Assembly: GCA_046483985.1 (NCBI GenBank)
Contig: JAWOCD010000057.1
Location: forward strand, 98,351 to 162,350
Length of the DNA: 64,000 bases
Source of the DNA: Promethearchaeia archaeon
Lineage (GTDB): Archaea; Asgardarchaeota; Lokiarchaeia; Sigyniarchaeales; SOKP01
Direction of reading: 5' to 3'
The translations under genes were made by a program, and so were the position numbers. This document shows, in pieces, positions 1-10,503 of the stretch; the first letter of the stretch is position 1, and each line of letters starts with the position of its first letter. The notes beneath the pieces were generated by a model that was given only the letters and a program-made list of their open reading frames with translations, did no database searches and was not told the origin of the DNA.

Positions 1-865
1 TCGGAACTGCTTGTGGAAATGGAACATAAATTGCTCTTCTTTCACCAATCCCTCTGTCAAACTCGTTAGGTACCCGGATTGGACATTTGGTAGTACATAA
101 GCCACAGCCTGTACATTTATCAGTATCTACATATCTAGGGTTTTTCCGAATCTTTACCTGATAATCCCCAGTAATTCCACTAAATTCAACAACCTCACTA
201 TACGTGAGAAGTTCGATATTTGGATGTTTTGAAGTATTCACCATTATCGGGGCTAAAACTCATATCCCACAATCATCGGTTGGGAAAATGCGATCTAATT
301 GCGCCATTTTCCCCCCTATTGTAGGCTCTTTCTCTACTAAATAGACTTGTATTCCTTCACTAGCTAAGTCTAGAGCAGCATTCATTCCAGCTATTCCAGC
401 GCCAACAACGAGTACTGAATTTGTAATTGAAATCTCTTTTCTCGGGACATCTTCTAATTCTCGTGCCCGATTGATCCCCGCGAGAACTAACCGTTTCGCT
501 TTTTCGGTAGCTTTTTCCTTATCTCCTTGGTGAACAAAGGAGCATTGCTCTCGTAAATTAACCATCTGGAAATAATAGGGACTTAATCCCGCCTCTACCA
601 AAACTGACCGATAGGTCGGTTCATGAATTTTGGGGGTACAAGCAGCCACCACGACTCTATTTAAATCAAGCTCCAGAATATCATTTTTGATCATCTCTTG
701 ACCGGGATCTGAACACGTAAAGTCATTAGTTCTTGCCACGACAACGTCTGGAAGGGGTTCAACGAAATCACTCACAGCATCACAATCTACAGATGCACCA
801 ATGTTAACTCCTCAGCGACACACATAAACGCCAATTCTAATATCTTTGGTCTGATTTTCAGACAT
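1..865 (-). CDS. hdrA: Heterodisulfide reductase subunit A-like selenoprotein (5' part; runs off the window start)
   Basis: ATG at 865 gives MSENQTKDIRIGVYVCR-UGA(812-814)-GVNIGASVDC..., which joins the ORF-track 260..775 frame (ACTP, GAGIAG FAD motif). TDDCGI-UGA(260-262) then reads on as VLAPIMV...KCTGCGLCTTKCP. Both UGAs sit at conserved Cys positions (CxC and CxxC) of HdrA. Confidence 0.93.
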
Positions 866-1237
866 TTAATCCACCTTTTAGAGAACCACCATTCAATAAT
901 TTGATGTATACTTTTTATTTTCTCATATAAATTATAATAATAAATCTTAGTAAATAGAGAAATAATAGGAAAAATAAATAAATTTTGTTTAAGAAGCATA
1001 AGGTCTAATGCCTTCTCTTATAATTTGTTTAGTTCGGATGATTAGTTCCCAGATATTATTAAAATTCGAAAAAAAAGGCTAAAATTTATAGTAAATTTGT
1101 AAAAATATTTACGGAAATTGTTAGAAGTAAAAAACATCCATGTTAAACATTTTACATATTTTTGTCCTATAAAAAATTGGAAAAAAGAGAGAATAACATT
1201 TAAAAATCTTTTTTTTAAACCGATAATTTTTTTAATT

Positions 1238-1570
1238 ATGTCTGAAAATGAAGAAAAAGAACCCACTCAAGAAGAGAAATTTGTTCAAAATTTTATGGAA
1301 ACGGAGGGATTAAAAGGGCGTTCTACAGAAAACAAGATAAACGAAATTGTTGAAGATGTCGGATTAGATGAAGAGACAGTTAAGGAAAAATTTCTTCAGT
1401 TTAAAGAAAAGGAACATTTTGCCAATCAAATTATGGAGGAAGTGGGATTAAGGGGAAAGGTAAAACGCCTAAAAGTAATGAAAATTATGGACAAGGTGGG
1501 TTGGAATAAGAAAAAAATTAAAACTGCCCTTCAACGATCAACCATCGCCTCTCGAATTAACCATGAATAG
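1238..1570 (+). CDS. Hypothetical small helical protein
   Basis: ORF track 1118..1570; likely start is ATG 1238 (MSENEEKE) after an AT-rich leader. Confidence 0.7.
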   Translation: MSENEEKEPTQEEKFVQNFMETEGLKGRSTENKINEIVEDVGLDEETVKEKFLQFKEKEHFANQIMEEVGLRGKVKRLKVMKIMDKVGWNKKKIKTALQRSTIASRINHE

Positions 1571-1680
1571 TTAACTAATTCTCACCGAGTTAAGAAATCC
1601 TAAAACAATTTATTTTCAATCCAAAAATAAATTAAAAACAATTGTTTATAATAGAATAATTAAAAATTTGGACAGTTACA

Positions 1681-2973
1681 ATGCTCGATATAGAGTTATT
1701 TAGAGAAGATTTAGAAAGGATAATAGAATCCGAGAGAAATAGGTTTAAAGATCCCTCAAATGCACGAAAAGTCCTCGAATATGATAAAAAATGGCGAGAT
1801 GTTTTGGAAGAACTTCAAGAGTTACGGCATAGAAGAAACAAAATTTCGGAATCAATCGGGGAGTTAAAAAAGGCAGGTAAGGATAAAGAAGCCAAAGATG
1901 CAATTGAGAAATCAAAAGATTACAAAGCAAAAATTGAAAAATTAGAAGCCTTAAAAGATCAATATCACGAAAAGAGAGAAGAATTCCGGTATGTAGTTGG
2001 AAATATACTCCACGATTCAGTACCTATTGCAGAAACTGAGGAAGACAATGAAATCGTAAGAATTGTAGGTGATAAAACCGAGTTTAGTTTTGATCCTCTT
2101 TCACATGTTGATCTGGTTGAACTTATCAACGGAGCTGATACTGAAAAAGCTTCCAGAGTCGTGGGCTCAAGATTTTATTACCTAAAAAACGATCTTGTAT
2201 CACTCAACATCGCATTAATGAAATTTGCCTTGGAGCACTTAATAGAAAAGGGATTTACACCGATGTGGACACCTTTTTTTGTAAAGCATGAGGTGATCAA
2301 AGCAGCTGCTGAGCTCGCTGATTTTGAAGAACAATTGTATAAGATTGAGGGAGAAGATCTATATCTGATTGCAACTTCCGAACAGACCATAGCTGCTTAC
2401 CATTATGACGAGATTATCAATCCTGATGAGTTACCGTTGAAATATGCAGGGGTATCATCATGTTTTAGAAGAGAAGCGGGATCTCATGGAAGAGATACCT
2501 TAGGTATATTCAGAGTTCATCAATTTGAAAAAATTGAACAATATATTTTCTGCAAACCAGGAAATTCATGGGAGTATCATGAAGAATTAATAAAGAATGC
2601 AGAAGAATTATATAAAAAACTGGGGCTCCCATACCGAATTGTTAATATTGCTTCCGGTGATTTAAATGATAACGCTTCCAAAAAATATGATTTGGAAGCA
2701 TGGTTCCCCGGATCAAATGTATATAGAGAACTTGTTTCTTGCAGTAATTGTTTAGATTATCAAGCAAGAAAATTAAAGATACGGATGGGATTGGTGGGGG
2801 CAAAAGAGGAAAAAGAAACTCTTCATACGTTAAACTCGACCGCAATTGCAACCGAACGGACGTTATGCTGCTTGCTCGAAAACTATCAAAACGAAGATCA
2901 TTCTATAGAAATCCCAAAAGTACTCCAGAAATATTTAAACGGCAAAAAAATTATTAAACCTATGAATAATTAA
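1681..2973 (+). CDS. serS: Serine--tRNA ligase
   Basis: N-terminal coiled arm, LIATSE, FRREAG...GIFRVHQFEK, ELVSCSNCLDYQAR and TLNSTAIATER class II motifs. Confidence 0.97.
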   Translation: MLDIELFREDLERIIESERNRFKDPSNARKVLEYDKKWRDVLEELQELRHRRNKISESIGELKKAGKDKEAKDAIEKSKDYKAKIEKLEALKDQYHEKREEFRYVVGNILHDSVPIAETEEDNEIVRIVGDKTEFSFDPLSHVDLVELINGADTEKASRVVGSRFYYLKNDLVSLNIALMKFALEHLIEKGFTPMWTPFFVKHEVIKAAAELADFEEQLYKIEGEDLYLIATSEQTIAAYHYDEIINPDELPLKYAGVSSCFRREAGSHGRDTLGIFRVHQFEKIEQYIFCKPGNSWEYHEELIKNAEELYKKLGLPYRIVNIASGDLNDNASKKYDLEAWFPGSNVYRELVSCSNCLDYQARKLKIRMGLVGAKEEKETLHTLNSTAIATERTLCCLLENYQNEDHSIEIPKVLQKYLNGKKIIKPMNN

Positions 2974-2976
2974 GAT

Positions 2977-4236
2977 GTGATAATATATATGGTTGAAGTC
3001 AATTTAAAGAATTTTAAGGAATTTTATCAAAATAAGCTTAACGATATTTATTACAAAGAAAAGAAGAAAACGGGTAAAATTCTTTCTAATATTGAAGAAA
3101 ATTTGAAAAAAATTAAGTTGTGTATGGACCATTTTATCGAAGCTGGACAAGGAAAGGTAAGTAGTAAGGCAAAAAGATCTCTAAATCTTTTTACCAGCAG
3201 AGTTAAGGGAAGTATCGATGAGATCGAGATACCCAATGAAGAGAATATGAACTATGAAAATTTGATGAGATTAATGAGTTCTTTAAAAAGCTTGTTTGCT
3301 GACGTGAGTGAAATTGCACGTAAATCTTTGCCTAAATTTAAGTCAGAAGTACAATCAGAGATTAAAGAATTAAATTATTTAACGAGGAAATTGGGAAAGT
3401 ATCAAGGTGTATTAGATAAGTTCTTACGAAAAAAATACGCGGGCGGAAAATTAAGCCTAAAAGACGCCGAAGATTTAATGAAAAAAATACCGAAATTGTA
3501 TTCATTAAAAGAAAATATTGAAAATGCAAAACGCGATCTGATCGAATTTGAAGAAGAATATGAAAAATATAATAGCAAAGCAGAGAAGCTAAAAGCCCAA
3601 TTAGTTGAGTTAGAAAAGAGCAAACTATTCAAAAAATTAAAGAAAAGAAAGAAGCAAATCTTTAAACTGAAGCTTAAAATTAAAGATCAATTACATTTTA
3701 AAAAGGCATTGAAGAAACTAAAATTCGAAATAAATAAGGGGGATATTCCCATATCTGGAGTCAGTGAACGGGAGATAGATAATTTCTTGAAAAACCCAGT
3801 AAGAAATCTCGTCAACCAAAGTAAGGACTTAAGAGAGTTTTCTAGCTTACTAGTTCAAGTACGGCATGTGTTAGAAGAGAATTTGCTGAATATAAAAAAT
3901 GAAACGAAGGAAAAGACAATTGAGCAAATCAATAAATTTTTCGAGGTTAAAAAGATTCATGATGATGTTAAGAAATTACGCAATCTAAAACAAGAGGTTA
4001 AAGATATTAAAAAAGAAATAAAGGATGTGGGATTGGGCGATAAAGTGGAAAAGCTAAAAGATGAAATCTCTCACAATTCTGTTAAATTAGAAAGAGCCGA
4101 AAATAAGCTAGATCGAAAGAAGAAAGATTATTTACGATATTTAGCAAGATTAAAGAAAGAGCGGAAGATATTTCAAAAGTCGATTGAACAAGTCATAGAA
4201 GAACCCATAAAAATTTCAATTACCTTCTCATTTTAA
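2977..4236 (+). CDS. Lys/Glu-rich coiled-coil hypothetical protein
   Basis: 419-aa ORF directly after serS; heptad-rich, no catalytic motif recognised. Confidence 0.75.
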   Translation: MIIYMVEVNLKNFKEFYQNKLNDIYYKEKKKTGKILSNIEENLKKIKLCMDHFIEAGQGKVSSKAKRSLNLFTSRVKGSIDEIEIPNEENMNYENLMRLMSSLKSLFADVSEIARKSLPKFKSEVQSEIKELNYLTRKLGKYQGVLDKFLRKKYAGGKLSLKDAEDLMKKIPKLYSLKENIENAKRDLIEFEEEYEKYNSKAEKLKAQLVELEKSKLFKKLKKRKKQIFKLKLKIKDQLHFKKALKKLKFEINKGDIPISGVSEREIDNFLKNPVRNLVNQSKDLREFSSLLVQVRHVLEENLLNIKNETKEKTIEQINKFFEVKKIHDDVKKLRNLKQEVKDIKKEIKDVGLGDKVEKLKDEISHNSVKLERAENKLDRKKKDYLRYLARLKKERKIFQKSIEQVIEEPIKISITFSF

Positions 4237-4260
4237 TTTAGCGTTCTAATCCCTCATTTG

Positions 4261-5010
4261 TTACTGCTTCTGCTTATAAAGAAATTCCCGATTATTTAAG
4301 TTTTCGTTTTTACAAATTTTCTGATCCAAATTATGCTCCAAGAAGCGAAAAGTATAAGAATCGGTTAAATTAAACACCTTTAGATATTCAAAGGTTAATA
4401 TTAGGTCATCCTTTATATCTACATCAAAACTTGCTCGTAGGGAATCATAGAGAACGAAACGGTCCACTTCTTGCTGGTTTGCAGTTTTATAATGAGCAAC
4501 TAAAGAAGGGTCCGAAGGATCGTCAAATTGTGAACTAATTATATCCACGGGTCGTCTTCCTAAGACGGAAATACCTGCTGAATTAAGAGCTGGCGAGATT
4601 ACCACTTGATTTTTTTTCAAGATTGAATTTAGAGCAAGAAGATTTTCTTGAGTTATTAAAGGTAAATCCAAAAAAACCACAAGAGATGCCCCCGCATTGA
4701 AGCGATTTATTGCAATCTCATCCATTTCCATGAAAATTGCATCAAAGTTTTTAGAATTCTGAGACCGTTCCTCTTTAAGAGCAATAAGATCATATATTTC
4801 TGCTAATTTTAAAATTCGCTCATCAGGAGAATAAACCACTTTTGCTCTAAAGGCATCAAGGGAAGTTACCTTTTCTGCTAAATCCTTAAAAAGAGCTCTT
4901 GTAAAATCTTGACGTTGTTCGGGTGTAAAGCACTCAGTTAACCGAGATTTACTTTTACTTAGGTCTGCAACGGGAATAAATAGAATAGTCAATCTTAGAG
5001 CACCTTTCAC
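4261..5010 (-). CDS. cofC: CofC-like 2-phospho-L-lactate guanylyltransferase family protein
   Basis: IPV..L..SKSRL, DLPL and FDVD motifs typical of CofC. Confidence 0.75.
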   Translation of the reverse strand: MKGALRLTILFIPVADLSKSKSRLTECFTPEQRQDFTRALFKDLAEKVTSLDAFRAKVVYSPDERILKLAEIYDLIALKEERSQNSKNFDAIFMEMDEIAINRFNAGASLVVFLDLPLITQENLLALNSILKKNQVVISPALNSAGISVLGRRPVDIISSQFDDPSDPSLVAHYKTANQQEVDRFVLYDSLRASFDVDIKDDLILTFEYLKVFNLTDSYTFRFLEHNLDQKICKNENLNNREFLYKQKQ

Positions 5011-5076
5011 TCTTTTATTTATAAAAGCTCACATAATTTAATAAATTACAGTAAATAGCTTATTAGGAAGAAAACC

Positions 5077-5646
5077 TCATTCAATATTACCTAAGATTTC
5101 CATAGACAACCATTTGAAAGCCTCATCCACATGTTTGTTGTCCTTTGCAGAAGACTCAAAAGATTTTACACCGTATTTTTCTGTAACCTCTTGAATCTCC
5201 GATTTAGACACTTCCCGTTGATCTTTAAGATCTAACTTATTTCCTACAATTATAAACGGGATATCTCCGCTTAATTCCCGCATTTTCGAAATCCAAAAAT
5301 CTAACTCTTCGAAACTTTCCTTATCTGAAAGGTCAAATACCACCATTGCCCCGAGCGCTTGGAGAAAATAATATTCTGTGACGAAAAGTTTATCCGATTG
5401 CCCTCCCAGATCCCAAAAATAAAGACGAAATCCCTTTTCGATAATTTCTTCTTTTAATTCCTTATCTATGTTAAAATCATTGCTTTCCTTCAAAAGGGGT
5501 TTAAGATTCATCTCCTTAATGAGAAAATTGGCTCCAATTGTTTGATCATACTCATCACTGAACTGATCATCAACAAAACGGGCGAGGAGAGAGGTTTTTC
5601 CCACTGCTGGTGAACCTAAAATTATAACTTTTCCTCTATAACTCAT
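5077..5646 (-). CDS. Rab-like small GTPase
   Basis: G1 GSPAVGKTS, G2 TIG, G3 WDLGGQ, G4 GNKLD, G5 ESSAK. Confidence 0.93.
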   Translation of the reverse strand: MSYRGKVIILGSPAVGKTSLLARFVDDQFSDEYDQTIGANFLIKEMNLKPLLKESNDFNIDKELKEEIIEKGFRLYFWDLGGQSDKLFVTEYYFLQALGAMVVFDLSDKESFEELDFWISKMRELSGDIPFIIVGNKLDLKDQREVSKSEIQEVTEKYGVKSFESSAKDNKHVDEAFKWLSMEILGNIE

Positions 5647-5707
5647 TTTTACAAGTTCCTAATTATACAATTTTAAATTAAAATTTTATATTTATTATAT
5701 TTACTTT

Positions 5708-6544
5708 TTATTCCTTTTTTTGCTTGAGTACAGCTTCTTTTGTTTCGGTAGATATAAAATGTCTAAACAAATGCTCATATCCTTTGACTTGTTTGGACCT
5801 TCCGTTTTCTAACCACAAACCAGAAGTATATTCGGGGGCTTCTTTAACATTGTCCAATGTTGTAAGGAGAAAATCATTGTCGGCAATTAATAGACCAAAA
5901 GGAAGCACGGTATCCCCTACGATATTGTGAATTTCAATATTTACCTTGAGTAACTTTTTAATTTCCTCCTTTAAGTCTTCGAAATATTTTAGTGCAAGAA
6001 TAATACGGATATCCTCTCCGAGATTAAATTTTTTATTCCATAATTCCTTGGTAATCCATTCATAGCCTCCAAATTCTTCAATTATTAAATCGGGGGTAAT
6101 GATAAAGAAAATCCTTGATTCGGCTTTTTCAATTAAATCAGTTATTTTTTTCCTTAGCTTTTTCCGAGTATCAATTGCCCATACTTGTGCATCTTCTCGA
6201 ATTTCTTTTTCATCTTCCATTTTTTTTATGACTTTTTCTAAAAGTATCGTTTCATCTATTTTTTTCTTATATCGGTCTCTAATTGATTTAAAGATGCGCT
6301 CTATTGGGATAGCTTGATAGCGTGCGCCTCGTTTCACAGGTTCCTTTCGGATATATCCTTTTTTAATCAGTCGTTTAAGAGAATCATAAACGCGTGCTCT
6401 ATCTACTCCCGAATACTTTGCAATATCCGCAGGCGAAAGTATTTTATATTTACAGAGAGTAAGCAAGCATTTTGAGTCATTTTTAGTAAATCCTAACTTC
6501 TGTAATTTATGTGTTATGTCAGAATCATTCAAATCTGGTTCCAC
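5708..6544 (-). CDS. TrmB-family transcriptional regulator
   Basis: N-terminal wHTH (LGFT...IAKYSGVDRARVYDSLKRL) followed by a PLD-like effector domain. Confidence 0.88.
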   Translation of the reverse strand: MEPDLNDSDITHKLQKLGFTKNDSKCLLTLCKYKILSPADIAKYSGVDRARVYDSLKRLIKKGYIRKEPVKRGARYQAIPIERIFKSIRDRYKKKIDETILLEKVIKKMEDEKEIREDAQVWAIDTRKKLRKKITDLIEKAESRIFFIITPDLIIEEFGGYEWITKELWNKKFNLGEDIRIILALKYFEDLKEEIKKLLKVNIEIHNIVGDTVLPFGLLIADNDFLLTTLDNVKEAPEYTSGLWLENGRSKQVKGYEHLFRHFISTETKEAVLKQKKE

Positions 6545-7127
6545 ATCGGTTTCAGAATCTAAAATAGAAAGTTAAACCCCTTTTTGATTTTTAATACTGT
6601 ACTATACATAATCTTGAAATTACTATTTTAATTTTAGTATACCTTAGAATTTAAATATATAGATTGATTACCTTACCATCAATTCTTTTTGAATTTAATT
6701 TAAGATTATACGAATTGTAATGATTATCTTTCCATATTGCTAACAAAATGAGAATAATTTGATTCGATTAATACATACCACTTGTCTTTTTAACATTTTT
6801 TTTATGATTTTTGCTGAGGGTATTTGGAAAAATCTTATTAGATTTTATGGGTAAATAATAGACATTTTTTATTGAATCATTAATAAAATTGCTAATAAAA
6901 AAATATGGTTTTTATATTAATAGTTAATTAAATATTGGATCTTATATTTTGTCGGTTAGATAGATATTCCAATCAGATATTTCAATTTTTATTTTTCGAT
7001 TGATCAGATTACCTTAAATTAAAAACTGAATCATAAGATTTAAATATCTGTAAATCCAATATTTATTTAAATATTATAAAATCTTTTATAAAATTTTAAA
7101 AATAATGTGGAGGAATGAATTTTAAAA

Positions 7128-7337
7128 ATGGCTAAAGGTGGTTATATAGCAAAGGCTCCAATCCGAAGATTAATGAAACGTGAAGGTGCGGACCTTGTAG
7201 CGGCAGATGCCTTAGATAGATTAATTGAATTTCTTGAGAATACCGCTGCAGATGTTACAAAAGACGCTATAGATGTTACCCAAGCGGACAAAAGGAAAAG
7301 AATTACGTCTGACGATATTAGAGAAGCAACCCGATAA
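7128..7337 (+). CDS. Archaeal histone (HMf family)
   Basis: APIRRLMK..GA..V...A...L and KRKRITSDDI histone-fold signature; GGAGG RBS upstream. Confidence 0.93.
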   Translation: MAKGGYIAKAPIRRLMKREGADLVAADALDRLIEFLENTAADVTKDAIDVTQADKRKRITSDDIREATR

Positions 7338-7435
7338 TTCTAGTATTTCATTACCAAAAAAATCTATCTAAATTTCTTTTTTATTTTTTTATATCTCTCT
7401 TTTTGATTCCCTTTCAAGGCTATAAGTTTGATTAT

Positions 7436-7957
7436 CTATTCAAAATTGTTGAAAAATTCAGGATTTAAATAATCATCGATGTTCTCTTTCATTTTTTTCA
7501 ATACCGAATCCAACCCCTCAACGACGATTCGGGATTTTCCCACGATATCAATATATCCCAACTCTGCACCATACCGGGGCACTACGTGAAAATGCAAATG
7601 CCGTATACTTCCACCCGCATTCCTCCCTTGATTGATACCGATATTATATCCCTTCGGGGAATAAAGATCATTCAGCATCATTTGTACCCCTTGAATTGCT
7701 CGAAGAATTCTTAAACTTTCCGCTTTCGTCATATCTATAAGTTCGGTGCGGTGTGCATTCGGCACCACCATAGAGTGAGCCGGATTATAGGGATAAAGAT
7801 TCAGAGAGATAAAAATCAAGTCATCTTGGTAATATTTTAACGATTTTACTGCCTCATTATCATCTCTGACAGCGCATAGAACGCAGTCGACATCGGGACG
7901 GTTTTTCCCTTGGACATAGTCCAATTTTCCAAGAGCCCTTAACCATTTTTTAAACAT
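7436..7957 (-). CDS. HIT family hydrolase (Ap4A hydrolase-like)
   Basis: CxxC, NLYPYNPAH, GYNIGINQG..AG and HLHFHVVPR. Confidence 0.92.
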   Translation of the reverse strand: MFKKWLRALGKLDYVQGKNRPDVDCVLCAVRDDNEAVKSLKYYQDDLIFISLNLYPYNPAHSMVVPNAHRTELIDMTKAESLRILRAIQGVQMMLNDLYSPKGYNIGINQGRNAGGSIRHLHFHVVPRYGAELGYIDIVGKSRIVVEGLDSVLKKMKENIDDYLNPEFFNNFE

Positions 7958-8011
7958 ACTTTAATCTCAATTGGTTTCTTTTCATAAGATTAATTTTTTT
8001 TATTATATACG

Positions 8012-8557
8012 TTAGGTGTATAAGGAAAACCCAGGTCCTGACGAGAATTTTTTGTCTTTGGCCATTTCACCAGGTTTAATATCTCCAGAGCAATATTCCA
8101 TAAGTAAAATATTACTGTAGGCGGCAACGTTAAATACCTTACGAATCGCTTGAAAGAATCGATCTTTTGCGATTTCCCCATTTTTATCTATGAAAATCTG
8201 GTCTGAAATTTTATATCGGTTATTTTCCATGTCAATATTGAAAAACATATTCTTAAAGAAGAAGAATTTTCGTAATTCCATAAAAAAATTCATCTTTGCA
8301 TCATCTGTAGAATTTAGAGCTTTAATATGTGGTTTAGAAATCTGCGTGCCAAGTTCAATATAGATCGCATCTTTTGCTTTTGGTTTGAAGACTGCTATAT
8401 TCTTGCCCACAGGTCGTCCAGAGGGATCAGTTATGGGCGGAAATTTAAATCGAAAGCCAAAATCTAGTTTCTTTTGGTTTTTTATCTTCTTAATAGCAAA
8501 ATCTTCATCCATTAAGTAGTTTCTAATGAGTGTTTGAACCTTTTCATTCGATGACAT
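8012..8557 (-). CDS. DUF2299-like conserved archaeal protein
   Basis: 181-aa ORF; the general architecture resembles the DUF2299 family. Confidence 0.55.
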   Translation of the reverse strand: MSSNEKVQTLIRNYLMDEDFAIKKIKNQKKLDFGFRFKFPPITDPSGRPVGKNIAVFKPKAKDAIYIELGTQISKPHIKALNSTDDAKMNFFMELRKFFFFKNMFFNIDMENNRYKISDQIFIDKNGEIAKDRFFQAIRKVFNVAAYSNILLMEYCSGDIKPGEMAKDKKFSSGPGFSLYT

Positions 8558-8937
8558 AATATCTTATAATTAATTTAACTAAATTAATCTTCTCCAATCG
8601 TTTATGAAGTGAGAATTCACGAGAGAAAAATAAAAAATAAAAAGTTAAATTAGAGATCAGTTATTAGATTTGAAGATAAGTTCAAGAAATCGATAGAAAT
8701 CTTTTCGTATTTCATAACCGTTAATTATATCAGTACTTGACTAAAAAATTACTTCTTTTTATTGCTTTATTTGAGCGTTATTATGTATTTCTTGATCTTG
8801 TACGTCTTAGATTGGACAGTGGGAGTTATTCTCTTTATATACTTTATAATCCGAAGGAGCAAATATACGGTTATTAATATTTATTATCTATTATACCGTT
8901 GCTAAGGTTTATTATCTATTACATCCCCTCCTTGTAA

Positions 8938-8964
8938 TTGAACTACCACGCCATTAATGGTAAA
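8938..8964 (-). mobile_element. Minimal IS200/IS605 end-fusion relic
   Basis: TTGAACTACCACGCC is identical to 42353-42367 and is joined directly to TAATGGTAAA, which matches the other end of the 42353-42575 element and 15022-15031. Confidence 0.65.
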
Positions 8965-9018
8965 TACACATTTAAAAAAGGATGAAAAGAATAAGATAAG
9001 ATGGATATATAGATTAGA

Positions 9019-9375
9019 TTAGTATTTTCCTTTTGGCCTGGGTTGAGGGTCTACTCCAGCGTCTTCCAGTTTTTGAATATTTTTCTCTAATTCATCTTTA
9101 GGGGTGCAATAAAGAACCTCCAAACTATCCACATCAATAAACATTTTTCCAACAATACCTAACCCCATAAGTTGGTTATCTTTCCCCACAAAGGTATTAT
9201 CAATGCCCATTTGAATGGCTTCTTGCCCATCGTTAATTTGAACTATTTTTGGTTGACAAGCGGTATATCCACTCCCCCGGTTGTTCATAAGGAACTTCAT
9301 TAAGGCATAATCCAACTCATCGGAAATTTCCACATCATCATCAATAACCTTAACTACATTTGGAGAATCTGACAT
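9019..9375 (-). CDS. Hypothetical protein
   Basis: 118-aa ORF with typical codon usage. Confidence 0.7.
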   Translation of the reverse strand: MSDSPNVVKVIDDDVEISDELDYALMKFLMNNRGSGYTACQPKIVQINDGQEAIQMGIDNTFVGKDNQLMGLGIVGKMFIDVDSLEVLYCTPKDELEKNIQKLEDAGVDPQPRPKGKY

Positions 9376-9462
9376 ATTAAAAATAATGATTTTTCATAAA
9401 ATTAAATCTTATGTTTTTCAGATTAATTAAGCAAAAAAAAGAGAATAAAAAGCGAGGATTAA

Positions 9463-9726
9463 TTATTCTTCTTTATTAATCCTTACTTGATCCACGCTAT
9501 GTAATGAGCAATTTAACTGGTTTAATGCATCTGTTATTTTTTCTAAGGAAATCTCTTCTGTTCCACCTACTTTGATAAAGAGAGATGTTGTTTTCTGATC
9601 TATCTCATCAACTTTAATGCGAACATGATTGACTCCTTTGAGTTCAATTAAGGATCTTGCTAATACATCAGAATTCGGCTGGTGGGGTTTTAAGACATCT
9701 AAATTATAAGTGATGTTCATTTTCAT
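9463..9726 (-). CDS. DUF211 family protein
   Basis: LDVLKPHQP ... EID.KT ... SLHSVDQV signature. Confidence 0.85.
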   Translation of the reverse strand: MKMNITYNLDVLKPHQPNSDVLARSLIELKGVNHVRIKVDEIDQKTTSLFIKVGGTEEISLEKITDALNQLNCSLHSVDQVRINKEE

Positions 9727-9801
9727 TTTATATGTTCATTTACTCTTGTAGATTATATAAAAATTTCTCATTTAAAAAATTATTATTTCTCGGATTTAGA
9801 T

Positions 9802-10491
9802 TTATAATAATTCTATTAAAACCGAGATGAGACGTTGAGGGATGTCATGCTCTTCAATAACATAATCAGCTTGCAAAAAGGTCTTTTTTTTAGTGAATTT
9901 CGATATCTTAGTATTAATTGCAATTGAGATTGCTCCGGCATTCTGTGCACCTTCAATATCACGACTAGTATCTCCAAGTACAACAATCTCAGAAGGTTCA
10001 ACTTCTAACTTACTGCAGATAGTTAACAAGTGGTCTGGGTGTGGTTTAGCGTTTTTAATATTATCACGACCCACGATTACATTAAAATATCTAATTAGCC
10101 CAGCTTGTTCCAGGGAAACTTGAGCATTTTGCCGGGTATTGAAAGTATAAATGGCTTGTTTAAGATGATTATTATGAGCAAACTTAAGGACATGCTCAAT
10201 TCCATCTACTTTTGTGGCATCGAGTGCAGCTTCATATTCTATTGCTATAACAGCCTTGTCTACTTTCTCGATTACCTTTTGAATATAATCATCGTCTTTC
10301 CCTTGCACGCGTAAAATCTCCCTCGATTTTTGGATATTTTCTAGAATGCTTTTCTTTATGGTAAGATCTTCTTTGGGAATGCCGTGTTTTTTTAAAATCT
10401 TTATTGCGGCTTTTCGAGCGCGGATAAAATCGATTTTAAAATGGATAAGTGTTCCATCCAGATCCCAAACTAATGCTCTAATGTCTGCCAT
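9802..10491 (-). CDS. HAD-family hydrolase (phosphoglycolate phosphatase-like)
   Basis: WDLDGTL, KPHP and GDTSRD motifs. Confidence 0.9.
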   Translation of the reverse strand: MADIRALVWDLDGTLIHFKIDFIRARKAAIKILKKHGIPKEDLTIKKSILENIQKSREILRVQGKDDDYIQKVIEKVDKAVIAIEYEAALDATKVDGIEHVLKFAHNNHLKQAIYTFNTRQNAQVSLEQAGLIRYFNVIVGRDNIKNAKPHPDHLLTICSKLEVEPSEIVVLGDTSRDIEGAQNAGAISIAINTKISKFTKKKTFLQADYVIEEHDIPQRLISVLIELL

Positions 10492-10503
10492 AGTTTATTC
10501 GAT

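Noticed and set aside
787-1266. ORF-track ORFs 787..999 and 1042..1266
   Set aside because: They lie in AT-rich promoter DNA or in an alternative frame over the true hdrA start, and have no protein-like features.
6600-7127. Long AT-rich gap between trmB and the histone gene
   Set aside because: I saw no repeats, ORB-like boxes or stable structure; it is consistent with divergent promoters.
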